The notes under the pieces are model-generated. The model was not told the DNA's origin. It did not search any database and saw nothing but the letters and a program-made list of their open reading frames with translations. From Eledone cirrhosa (lineage: Eukaryota), in NCBI GenBank assembly GCA_964016885.1, contig OZ024757.1, positions 33,790,001-33,854,000 of the forward strand: a stretch of 64,000 bases of DNA, in the 5' to 3' direction. Below, piece after piece: positions 1 through 13,677 of the stretch. Position 1 is the stretch's first letter. The number at the start of each line of letters is the position of its first letter. The position numbers and the translations under genes are program-made.

Positions 1-1029
1 GGAACACGGACGTTAAACGCTGATGATGATGATGATGATGATATGAGAGAGATGAACAATGAAGATTTAAGTCTGTCTGGGTATCAAAGGCTGTTGTTCG
101 ATATAGGTTTGTTAGATTTATTGATTTATTACTTTAAATTGAGTCAGGCAAACCATATTGTTTTAAGTTAGTATTTTTTTTAACCTAGTTAACTTGGTCC
201 TTTGCAGTTGGAACACATGTATGCTTATATATGTGTTCATCTCTCTCATATATTCAATTATATTATATATATATATATATATATATATTTGCATATATTG
301 CATATCATGCATCAGATATGATAAAAGAAAATTGTAAATTATTTCGTATTTGGTGTGTTATACACATACATATACATACACACATGCATATCTATACACA
401 CACATGCATATCTATATACACACACACATATATATGTTTGTATGTGTGTATATATATATATGTGTGTGTATATATATATAAGTATATATGTAAGTATACA
501 TGTGTTTGTTATCGCTTCTGTAAACTCATAATGTTTACATCACAAACATAAATATTAAGCTGATTCAGAATTTAGGATTGTAATAATAATAATAATGTTT
601 TCTTTGTTAGCCACAAGAGCTTGTACATAGAATAACGTAAACATAACCATAGGGATTACGTCAATACATGTACGGGTGGACAGATATAGTTAGATAAACA
701 GGAGAGTTAGAGGAAAGAATGTTATACAATGGACAGATAATATAAGAAATAAGTATAGAAGTATTATGAATCACCCAATAAAGGACAAAATATTTTATAT
801 AATATAAAACGTGTAAACCATTTAGGGTTACCCACAAAACCCTGGTGTTTCACATTTATTGTATAACAACTTTCACTTCTCCCATCATTTTTTTAATGAC
901 TTGTTTATCCATACATAAGCCTAAAACCTGCTTATAAACCCCTCCCTTATATATTTTCATATTTTGTGAATATGAATGGAGATGTAATTTTTTTCTCTAG
1001 TGACTAATTAAAATAAATTATTATAATTA

Positions 1030-1480
1030 TTATTATCACTATCTAGAGTGTTTCTAGGAATTTACAACACTTTATAAGGTGAACCATGTGGTAGGCAGCC
1101 AAAAAACACTTGCTTCCTATATAGGTTTTGTGGAATGCATGAAGCAGCTCTGGACGTTGATGGGAACAGTTTGAACAAGCTCTTTTTGGAGGACTTTGAA
1201 GTCGGGGTTTATAGACAATTTCCAAAATTCCTTAGCTTGGCAGTGTGACAGAGGGGCACTGCTAGTTTGAGACAAGCTCTATAGGTACAAATGTACCAAC
1301 AGTTGGACATGCCCAAGATGCATGCAAGGCAAATAAACTGTCCTGTATGCTATCGCCCAGTACCCATCCATTGAGTCAAACAAATGCTGTCACCTGTAGG
1401 ACAGATCCAGCTCGCAGCCAAGTCTATAGTGAAAATTGAACCACCACCCCCTTTTAGAGAGGAGATGCAGCAGGTCTTCC
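1030..1480 (+). mobile_element. Degenerate L1/Tx1-like LINE 3' fragment
   Basis: Broken frame reads RGALLV*DKLYRYK..TCPRCMQGK*TVLYA, resembling the C-terminal CCHC zinc-knuckle region of Tx1/L1 ORF2. Confidence 0.45.
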
Positions 1481-2039
1481 TCTACCTGGTATCTATGGGG
1501 AAGGAAGCTGTATGGTGAACTTACCTAAAAGGTTTGAGGAATGGAATCTTCCTCTCCAACCAAGCCCTCAACTTCTTCAAGTGCCACTTAAAGAGGAAAG
1601 TGGAGGTAGAGTTGGAGGTGGTGTTTCTAGTATGTTTTATGGATGAGAGCAGCGAGATTAACAAAGCATAATGAACTTACTATGATTATGCTTTTCTGAA
1701 AAGGGGGACAGAAACTGGAAGTGGATACTTTGAATGTCCTTGAGTGTCCTGGCATTTGTATGGGCTTCTCTCTGGAATTACCCTAAAATACAGTGCCTAT
1801 GCCTTATTGGGGAACTGGTCCTAGTTAACATTCCTTTATCATTAATATTTAAAAAAATTTCTTCTGTTGTTATATCTACTATTTTCCCTTTGGTAGTGAC
1901 CCCTTTCATTTGATGTAAACCCCATCTGTGTTGTTTTGTCCTTTTATTGTCCCCCTTATGACTTGGGCCCTTGTGGCCAATTAAAGACATCATTATTATT
2001 ATTGTTCTTAATATTATCAAACCTTGCAAATACATACAC

Positions 2040-2070
<31 letters not shown>

Positions 2071-2078
2071 GACATATA

Positions 2079-2119
<41 letters not shown>

Positions 2120-3244
2120 GTGTGTGTATATATATATATATAGATAGATTGAACAGGATTGTATCAGTTTTAAACTGGTAAGACCATTATTAAGCAGAGT
2201 ATTCGATACTTGTATATATATACATATATATATGTATATACACACACATACACATATATATACATAGATGCACATATATATATATATATTATATATATAC
2301 TTATATACACACACACACATATATATATATATACACTTATACACAGACACACATATACAAAGAGACATATATGACATGGTATAATATAAAATGTAGAATA
2401 TATCGTTGTTATATATTGGCAGATGATATTTCTTAAATTGCTTGATTATTATAATATTATATCATATATTATTATAACTGGAGCTACATGTATACAAAGT
2501 AAATGTGTCGATTAACCCATTTGATATTAACCTGACCATAATCAGTACTGGTTCTATTAAACAAAACCACCCATTTTAAAGGGTTCATATTTAAATTAAA
2601 ATCGTCGAACTAACTTTGCCTTTCATCCTTCCGGGTTCGATAGAATAAAGTACCAGTAATGCATTGGGTAATTGCTGGCCTTGTGCCAAAAGTAGAAACA
2701 ATTATTTTATGTAGAAACCATATGTTAAGTTAGTACCTTAATAATAAAATTATTAATAATTTTAGTAAATCCCTCAAAATTTTTCATTACTTAATTGAAA
2801 AAGAATGTATTTCATTAGAAATAATTATGAAAGGGTTACAGTTCCAATTTAAACTAAAATTTGATAACATAATTTTATATAAGAACCATATGTTAAGTTG
2901 GTGGTGGATTGGCAGGATTGATAGAGTGTTGGACAACATGCTTTGTAGCATATAGTTATGGCTCTTACATCCTGCATTCGAATCCCACTGAAGTCAACTT
3001 TCCCTTTCACTTTTTCATGGTTGATAACATAAAGTACTAGTCATGCTGAGGTTAGTATAATCGATGTTGAGAACACATAGAGTAGTGCCTTGTGTTTCCT
3101 ACTATTTGCACAAACTTAGAGGTGACTTACTGGAAGACTATATTGTACTGTACTGTATGTTAAGTTACTATCTTAGTAATGAAATAATTAATAATTTTAG
3201 TAAATCCTTCAAAGTTTTTCATTAACTAATAGAAATATTTAGTA

Positions 3245-3460
3245 GAAATAGAAGCTTTTGCTGTATTTTTGCCTAAAGAAACCTTTTAGCCTGATGTTGG
3301 GGGTTAGAACCCTCTAAAAAATGGAAAAGGATGAATACGTCAATACTCATCCTTTTCCATTTTTTAGATGGTTTTAAAAATAAGTATTAACATACTCATC
3401 CTTTTCCATTTTTTAGAGGGTTTGAAACCCCCAAAATACGGCAAATGCTTCTATTTCTTC
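3245..3460. mobile_element. Fold-back MITE-like element
   Basis: Inverted segments (gaaatagaagc...gcttctatttc; aaccctctaaaaaatggaaaaggatga vs tcatccttttccattttttagaggg); related sequence is in the palindrome arms near 23245-23370. Confidence 0.55.
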
Positions 3461-3747
3461 TAAATTTCAAACTTTGGTCGTTGTTTCAAAACAAACTTGT
3501 AATAGAAATATATTGTACTTGATTCAAATATGGCCGTAAAAGCGTTAAATATAGGTGTTTCCATGGCAATGAAATTTTATGTTGTTTATGATTTTTCTTG
3601 TTGATTTTATTATTGTGTTATACCTTTATAATAACGTTTGGCAGGGGTGGAGACATGTATTGGTTTGGAGTGGGGCTGAAATTTTTTTTATTATTATGAA
3701 GTTCATTACATTCTCGTTTTGAGTAAAATTTCATTGAAGATGTAAGA

Positions 3748-3793
<46 letters not shown>

Positions 3794-4016
3794 CATACAT
3801 ATATTATGTATGTATATGTGTATATATATATGTATATATGTATATGTGTATATATATATGTATATATATATATGTATATGTGTATATATATATGTATATG
3901 TATATATATATATGTATATGTGTATATATATATGTATATGTGTATATATATATGTATATATATGTATATATATATATGTATATATATGTATATATATATA
4001 TGTATATATATATATG

Positions 4017-4063
<47 letters not shown>

Positions 4064-4180
4064 GTATATATATATATATGTATATATATATATGTATGTA
4101 TATATGTATATATATATGTATATATATATATGTATATATATATGTATATATATATGTGTATATATATATATATATTCATA
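3748..4180. repeat. (TA)n/(TATG)n microsatellite
   Basis: Visible directly; one of dozens of such tracts (e.g. 4480-5235, 9530-9960, 34530-35090, 35940-36370, 45430-46030, 51040-52200, 58475-58860). Confidence 0.95.
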
Positions 4181-4207
4181 TACTGATCTGCCATATCTCC
4201 ATTTCAG

Positions 4208-4355
4208 TCTGTACCTAGTAATATAGGGCTGTAATAGTTCCCTCTTACATTATCTGTACGTAGTAATACAGAGCTAACATAGCTCCCTCTTACATAGTCT
4301 GTACCTAGTAATATAGGGCTGTAATAGCTCCCTCTTACATAGTCTGTACCTAGTA
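4208..4355. repeat. 45-bp tandem repeat, ~3.3 copies
   Basis: Unit gtctgtacctagtaatatagggctgtaatagctccctcttacata. Confidence 0.9.
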
Positions 4356-4727
4356 CTTTTATTATTGGTTTATTAATCAGTAGGTATGAGATAATGAAAA
4401 ATTGGTCCAACATTTTAAAAGTTGAAAAAATTTCAAGTATTTTGCCCATTCTATCACACACACATACACGTTTGTGCCACACACACATACACATATATAT
4501 ATATATACATTTACATATGTGTATATATATACGTGTGGATGAGAATATATATATATATAGAGAGAGATTTATACATATATATATATACACATATATATAT
4601 TTACATATGTGTATATATACATGTGTGTTAATGTGTATATATATTTACATATTTGTATATATACATATGTGTATATATACATGTGTGTTAATGTGTATAT
4701 ATATATATATATGCATAAGAGAGATTT

Positions 4728-4768
<41 letters not shown>

Positions 4769-4851
4769 TATATTTACATATTTGTATATATACATATGTG
4801 TATATATACATGTGTGTGAATGTATATATATATATGCATAGAGAGAGATTT

Positions 4852-4908
<57 letters not shown>

Positions 4909-5040
4909 TATATTTACATATTTGTATATATACATGTGTGTGAATGTATATATATATATATATGCATAGAGAGAGATTTATACATATATATATATATATC
5001 TATATATATATATATATATATATATCTATATATATATATA

Positions 5041-5150
<110 letters not shown>

Positions 5151-5250
5151 TATATATATATTTGCATATGTGTGTATATATATATGTGCATATGTGTGTA
5201 TATATGTGTGTGTGTGTGTGTGTATATATATATGCGTGCTATATGTGATA

Positions 5251-5586
5251 TTAGGCAAAAAGACATATTGTAGAGATAAGGAAAGTAAGCAAAAAGAAGA
5301 TGCACAATATGCGGTCAATAACCAAAGCAACCTGTTGCCACTCAGCATAGATTTCATGGCGTGCCTCCAAGACGGTTCCCCGAAGTGCGATTGATCGGAT
5401 GTGCTTCTTGATTTCGTCCATGTCTTTTTCAGGTTTCGGGGTGTCTGGGTTGTCTTGTGTTCGAACAATGACGTCAGCGTCGGTGGTTCGGTCGAGCCCA
5501 CGCATACTCACAGTCTCCTGCTCATCGAGGGGGTAGTACGCATCTCCTCCAAGACAGACCAAGCGTCGTAAACTGCGCAGGAATAT
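5251..5586 (-). CDS. nAChR-like terminal exon: intracellular loop, MA helix, M4, stop
   Basis: cccctccag acceptor; [17 protein letters not shown] matches the EWxxxAxVxDR M4 signature; TAA at 5251-5253. Confidence 0.93.
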   Translation of the reverse strand: MFLRSLRRLVCLGGDAYYPLDEQETVSMRGLDRTTDADVIVRTQDNPDTPKPEKDMDEIKKHIRSIALRGTVLEARHEIYAEWQQVALVIDRILCIFFLLTFLISTICLFA

Positions 5587-8500
5587 CTGGAGGGGCAAAC
5601 ACAGAGATAGCTATGTAAACACATGGATAGATAGATAGGTAGATATATTTCTTTATTTGTCACAAGGGCGCACAAGAAAAGGGGACAATACAAAAACACA
5701 TGCTGGGGATTTTACATACAATCGTGTAAAAATAAGAAACAAACAAATATAACAATCGAAATCCCCAATAGGGGGGGAGGCGCCACAAATGGGTTGTTTA
5801 ATACCCCGTAGATAGAACAACCCTCAACTTCAGGAGTGTGTTGTGCAAGTGCTCCTTTCTTCCTTTTGCTCTCTTCTTCAACCTACAGGTTTATATACAG
5901 AGAAGGCCCAATCACTTGGGCCATTTTTTTCCACATTCACCCACCTTTCAGTAAATTTACTGGGGTGCAGTTCTTCTCTCTCCACTCTGATTCTCCTTCT
6001 AAAGTGATACTTAAAGATAGGTAGATAGATAGAGAGATAGATAAGTATGTAATATGGTGAGGATATCATCATCATCGTTTAATGTTTACTTTCCACGCTA
6101 GCATTTGAGGCCAGTTAAGTTGAGTGGCCGTGTCTCGCTCGTATAAGACTGTTTCTGGGTGATTTTCTATGGTTGGATGCTCTTCCTAACAACAAACCAC
6201 ATTTACAGTGTGTGATGGGTGCTTTTTGCCATGTCTCCTATTTGCCATGACCACTTTACACTGGGCTGAGTGCTTTTTGTTGTGTCACCTACACGACCAC
6301 TTTACAGTGTGTACTGGGTGCTTTTTGCTGTCACCTACATGACCACATTACAGTGTGGACTGAGTGTTTTTTGACGTGTCACCTACATGACCACATTACT
6401 GTGTGTATTGGGTGCTTTTTGCTGTCTCCTACATGACCACATTATAGTGTGGACTGAGTGTTTTTTGTCGTGTCACCTACATGACCACTTTACAGTGTGA
6501 GCTGGATGTTTTGTGATACCAACATAACTTTATAGAGTAAGGGTGATATATATATTTGAAAATATGTGAGATCCTTGGAACAGTTAGGTATATTTGAAAA
6601 AAGGAAAAGAATGACTTCACATGTAGTTGGTATTCTATAACAATTTAATTTTACAATTAACCCTTTAACATTTACATTACTCTATATTTACTATTGTATT
6701 TTCACAGAAAAGTCTTTATCTCACATAATATCTATTACTATTACACATGCTATAAAGTAGAGCTGATCCCAGAGTTACATAGTTGTGAAGTGAACTCCCC
6801 AGCTACACACCCATTCATGCAGCTGGATGAAATAACTTACCTGTCGCATTATCTCCGGCATTTTTCTTCTTCGTGGTCCTCTGTTGTAAATATTCAATAT
6901 AAATATCGAAAGAATCAGAGACAAAGCTATCCACAGCAGTGTAAGAATATGGTAAATTACTGAAACCAAAAAATAAATGATATTATTATTACAAGATGAG
7001 GGCGATGTCTTCTCCCTCTTTCTCTCACTCACACACACACACTCTCTCTCCAAACAAGTGACATTCCTTTTCTCTCTCTCTATTTATGTATTTCTCTTTC
7101 GTTTGGCACTCCCCTCTCACTTTATAGATGAGGATGAAGTCTTAACTTACTGCCACCTCGAAAATACACGGTGTTCTCTTTTCTCCCTCTATCTGTGTAC
7201 ATATCTCATGCTTGGCACTCTCCCTCTCTATATAAAGTGAGCGTGGTGGATGGATGGAAGGACAGACAGACAGACAGACAGACAGCGCTCTTCAGTAATG
7301 TACTGGGTAATTGCTGGCCTTGTGCCAAAAGTAGAAACAATTATTAATATTATAGAGTGTTTGGCAATATCAGTAGAACGTCAGACACCATGCTTTGTAG
7401 CATAGAGTTGCGGGCCTTTATGATCATGCTGAGGTTAACTTGGCCTTTCATATTTATGGGGTCGATAAAATAAAGTACCAGTCACTCACTGGGGTCGATT
7501 GAATCGACTTTCCCCTCCCCTTCAAATTGCTGGCCTTATGCTTAAAGTAGAAACAATTATTATTATTATTATTATTATTACTGGTACTTTATTTTATCGA
7601 CCCCCGTAAGGATGAAAGGCAAAGTTAACCTCGGCGGGATTTGAACTTAACATTCTGAGTTCAAATCCCGCCGAGGTTAACTTTGCTGGCCTTGTGCCTA
7701 ACATAGAAACACTTTAAATTTCTAGGTTCTCGGTTTAAATTCTGCTTCACCTTTCATCCTTACAGGATTGATAAAATAAAGTACCAGTAATGCACTGTGA
7801 TTGATTTAATCGATTTTTGCCTCCCCAAAAATTGTTGGCCTTGTGCCTAAATCAAACCATTATTTGTGGCATATAGTTACATTCCTTTATGTTCCTTATG
7901 AGACTTATGACTTGCAAGCGGCTGAGCGACCGTATCTGTAGCAGTGAACTGCTCAACATTACCAGACTTAGACCAATTACATCAATTGTCAAGTGAAGAG
8001 TACTCAGATTATATGGTCATATAAAAAGATCAACTTGTGGTGTGAGTAGGTTATATCTGGAAGGAAGGTTGGCTGGTAACAGAAGCAGAGGCCGGCAACC
8101 AAAATGATGGCTTGATGATGTCAACTTATTGACTGGACTTCATCTTTGCTCTTTAAACTCTGCCTTTGGTGATGGAACTTTGTGGAGAAAAACATCTCAT
8201 GTCGATGCGCAGTCTGCAACTGGCGGAGTTTAGCGTCAAAATAGTAGTAGTAAGAAGTATGTTCCTTATGGGAATGATAAAATGAAGTACCTGTAATGCA
8301 CTGGTGTCGATTTAATTAGCTTTCTGCTTCTCTTCAAATTGCTGGCCTTGTGCCATAAGTAGAAACAATTATTATTAGGGTGGTGGATTGGCAGTATCGG
8401 TAGAGCATCTGACGCCATGCTTTGCAGCATAAAGTTACGTCCCTTTACAATCTGAGTTCAAAGCCCGTCGAAGTTAACTTTGCCTTTCATCCTTACAGGG

Positions 8501-11500
8501 TCGATAAAATAAAGTACCAGTAATGTACTAGGTTAATTGCTGGCCTTGTACCAAAAGTAGCAACAATTATTATTAATCTTATTTTTATTGTGTAGCGTCA
8601 CTGCATTACCGAGCACAGCTCTGTGTGCCTTGGGTGTGTGCAGCAGTGGTTTTGGTGTTGTTTCTATTGTATTGATCACCACTACCACCACCACCGTCAC
8701 AACCATCACCACCACACCACCGTCACAACCATCACCACCACCACCGTCACAACCATCACCACCACACCACCGTCACAACCATCACCACCACACCACCGTC
8801 ACAACCATCACCACCACACCACCGTCACAACCATCACCACCACACCACCGTCACCACCACACCTCCGTCACAACCATCACCACCACCGTCACCACCACCA
8901 CCGTCACAACCATCACCACCACACCACCGTCACAACCATCACCACCACACCACCGTCACCACCATCACCACCACACCACCATCACAACCATCACCACCAC
9001 CACACCACTGTCACAACCATCACCACCACACCACCGTCACCACCATCACCACCACACCACCGTCACAACCATCACCACCACACCACCATCACAACCATCA
9101 CCACCACCACACCACCGTCACCACCATCACCAACATCACCACCACTACCATCACCAACACCACCACTACCATCACCATTACCACCACCACTGTTACAACC
9201 ATCACTACCACCACCACCGCCACCACTGTTACAACCATCACTACCACCACCACCACCACCAAACCCATCACCACCACCACCACCAAACCCACCACCACCA
9301 CCACCACCACCAAACCCATCACCACCACCACCACCACCACCACAGCCATCACATTGGTATTACTTACTAATAATCGGTATTTTATAATGGTGTCTCGGTA
9401 AAATGTCGTTGATAACATTAACTTGCAGTAAAGTTGTCATCATGAGGGCGACACCTGAGTAAGAGAAAGAGAGTGTTAGTGAAGGTGTGAGGGAGGGGGG
9501 GAGAGATAACAGTATAATTAGAGATAGACACATATATATATAAATATTTATATATATATATATATATATATAAATATTTATATTTATATATATATAAATA
9601 TTTATATTTATATATATATATATAAATATTTATATTTATATATATATATATATAAATATTTATATTTATATATATATAAATAAATATATATATATATAAA
9701 TATTTATATTTATATATATATATATAAATATATAAATATATATATATATAAATAAATATATATATATATAAATATTTATATTTATATATAAATATTTATA
9801 TTTATATATATATATATAAATATATAAATAAATATATATATATATAAATATTTATATTTATATATATATATATAAATATATAAATATATATATATAAATA
9901 TTTATATATATATATAAATATGTATATATATATATATATATGTGTGTATGTGTGTGTGCGTGTGTGAAGGCCCATGGCTTAGTGGTTAGAGCATTGGGCT
10001 TGCAATCGAAAGGTGAGTTCGATTCTCGGACCAAATGATGCGTTGTGTCCTGGAGCAAGACATTTTATTTCACGTTGTTCCAGTTTACTCAGCTGTAGAA
10101 ATGAGTTGCGACATCAATGGTGCCAAGCTGTATCGGCCATAGCCTTTCCCTTGGACATCATCAGTGGCATGGAGAGGAGAGACTGGTATGCATGGGTGAC
10201 TGTTGGTCTTCCTCAAACAACCTTGCCCAGACTTGTGCGTCAGAGGGAAACTTTCTAGGTGCAAATCCCATGGTCATTCGTGACCGAAGAGAGTCTTTGA
10301 GATATATATACAGTATATATACAGAGTGTACTAAAAAATGTGTGCACACTTTGATTACCTGTATAGGTAATATTTATTTAAAATGCAATTGAAGTGTGTA
10401 TACATTTTTGGGACACCCTGTATTTGCACACACACACGTACACACATATATATCATCATCACCATTTTACGTCCGCTTTTCCCTGCTTGCGAGGGTGGGA
10501 CGGGAACTGATTCTGGCTTGATTTCTACAGCTGGATGCCCTTCATAACACCAACCTCATTTACAGTGAGTGCTGGGTGCTTTTTTTACCGTGGCACCTCC
10601 ACGACCACTTTGCAGTGGAATGATAGAGACCCCAGTCCTATCATCTCATTTCTACAGCTGAGTAAACTGGAGCAATGTGAAATAAAGTGTCTTGCTCAAG
10701 GAAACAACACATCACCCGGTCTGGGTCTGAGAATTGAACTCAGAACCTTTCGGTTACAAGGCCAATGTTCTAACCACTAAACCATGTGCCTCCATATATA
10801 TACATATATACATAAATAGATAGATAATAACTAACAAATAGTTCCATTGTTCTACATGGCTGAATAGAAGAAATGTAAACCTGAGTTTTTCAAATAATAA
10901 TAATATTCGATTCGTTTGCAATTATGCAAACAGCCTCTAAACCATGTGAGTTGAACAACTTCATCATTCTTTCCCTTGTGTTGGCATAAGACATGGCAGA
11001 CACTAATGTTTCTGGTTGATTACCCATCAGTACTGTATACTGTTTACCTGCCAACTGTCAGAGCTAGTGAAACTATATGATTATTTCTGGAATATACAGT
11101 GACTGATCGGCCTGATTTGCATATTAGCTGAAACATTACTGTCTGCCATTCTGTTTATATGCCAACACAAGAGCAAGAATGATGGAGTCATTCTACTCAC
11201 ATGGCTTAGGAGGCTGTTTGCATAATTGCAAACGAATCGAATATTATTATTAATATTCGGAAAACTCAGATTTACATTTCTTGTATTCAGTCTTGTAGAG
11301 CAATAAAACTATATATCTATCTATTTACAATAGATAGATAACTATAGAATTGAAATAGAAATGGAAGCTTCACTGTAATATTTTTGACTGAATAATATAT
11401 TCTAATAATGGGATGTATAAACCCACTGAATGGAAGAAGGTGAGTCTTTTTTTTAATGTCCACTGATATATACATACCTAATGTTATACGCTCTTTAGAA

Positions 11501-13142
11501 TCTGGAGGTAACAAAAAGAGAAATGGGACCAGTGCACCGATAAGCATGGCAGGGAATATGAGCACATGACTGAAATAGTTTGAGTTCCGGCGTAAAACAA
11601 ATTTCACCCAGTAATTTGGGTAGGGTTCCGCACAACAGGCATAGTTGTTAATGGTCACCTGTGAGACAAAGAATAACACAGTGTTATTATTATGTATAAG
11701 GCGGTGGATTGGCAGTATCGGTAGAGGGTCGGATGCCATGCTTTCCAACATAGTTACATCCCTTTACGATCTGAGTTCAAATCCCGCTGAGGTTAACTTT
11801 GCCTTTCATCCCTACGGGGTCGATAAAATAGAGTACCAGTAATGCACTGAGATAATTGCTGGCCTTGTGCCAAAAGTAAAAACAATTACTATTTGGGATA
11901 TACTGTTACAGCGGGGTTATAATAAAGTACCAGTAACACACTGGGGTCGATTTAATTGACTTTCTCCTTCCCCCAAAATTGTTGGCCTTTTGCCTAAATC
12001 AGAAAGCCTTATTTGTAGCATATAGCTACATCCCTTTATATTCTCATTTTAAATCCTGCTGAGGTTAGCTTTGCCTTTCATCCTTACGAGATCAATAAAA
12101 TAGAGTACCAGTAATGCACTGGGGTCAATTAGATCGACTTTCCCCTTCCACAAAAATTGTTAGTTTTGGGCCTAAATTAGAAGCCCTTATTTGTAGCATA
12201 TAATTACGTCTCTTTATATTCTGAGTTCAATTAATGTACCAGTAATGTACTGGAGTCGATTTAACCCTTTAGTATTTAAACCGGTCATAACCGGCCAGAA
12301 TTCTCTCACCTCTTTCTGTTTGTTTAAACCAGCCATAAATGGCTGCTCATACTGATGTTAAGGTATTGTTCCCAAAATAAATATCAAAATCTCGTAGATT
12401 CGATATTACAATAGTAACTATATTTACTATACAATAGTAAATATAGAGTAATGTAATGTAAACGATTTTCTCCTCCCCCAAAATTGTTGGCCTTAGGCTT
12501 TAATCAGAAACCCATATTATTAGGGTTTGGTTGTTAATGGCATCATGTTAAGTAGGATCAAAGTAAAGACATGACTACAAGGGTTGTATAACATTAGGGA
12601 CCAATACAATGATGAAAAACAACAGCCCAACACACATTAGGGGATTGAGCAGATCAATTATTATTAGGGTTCTTGTGGGGGGGGGGGTCGATTGATAGAG
12701 CACTGGACAAAATGCTTTGTGTTATTCAGTTACAAAATTCTATGTTTTGCTTTCAAATCTCACTGAGGTTGGTCTTACTTTTCATCCTTACAAGATCAAC
12801 AAATCTGGCCCATTGAATTACATTTAGGGTCCATTTGACAGGCTTCCAAGCAGTTTGTCTACCCAATTTCACTCACAAGGCATGGGCCAACCCGAGGCTA
12901 TGATAAATGATAATAATTGTTTCTAATTTAGGCTCAAGGCCAGCAATTTGAAGGGGAGGGGAAAGTCGTTTAAATCAATCCCCAGTGCATTACTGGTACT
13001 TTATTTTATTGACCCCGTAAAGATGAAAGGCTAAGCTAACCTCGGTGAGATTTGAACTCAGAACGTAATAAGCCAAATAAATATTGCCAAGCACTTGAAC
13101 AACACTCTACCGATTCTGCCAATCCACATACATACAACAGAT

Positions 13143-13181
<39 letters not shown>

Positions 13182-13641
13182 ACACAAAGCACACACAATA
13201 TTCTGCCTGGTGTTCTGTACAATCCACCACTGCAATAAATATAAATCAGAAATACAAATCAGTATCTGTGACAAGAGCAGGAAGAGTTGTCTTTCCTTTA
13301 CTTACTCCACTTGAGGTGTCGATGAGTTCCCACTTGCTGTTAGCTATGTAGTCGGCGGTGAGAAGTGAGTTAAAGTGGGAGGAGATGTTCACCTCTAGAC
13401 CATTGTACACCATAGAGCCATACATCAGCTTGCATATTTGTGTGTCAAACGGGAATTTCGCCAAGTCAACTGCGCACACTGCCATCTCCACCAGCCGGTG
13501 CACGTAATATACACTGCCAGAATTTAGCACAAGGACATCGTGATGTGCCATTGATGGAACATCATGGTCAACGCTGGAAATTACAAGAGTAAAAGTAGTA
13601 AGCAGCTAATAATGTCATTATTGATGGATTGATGGAAATGT

Positions 13642-13677
<36 letters not shown>

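Noticed and set aside
8588-9418. His/Pro/Thr-rich ORFs (also 40042-40782)
   Set aside because: Products of CAC/CAT/TAC repeats; the real exon at 9368-9454 is in a different frame.
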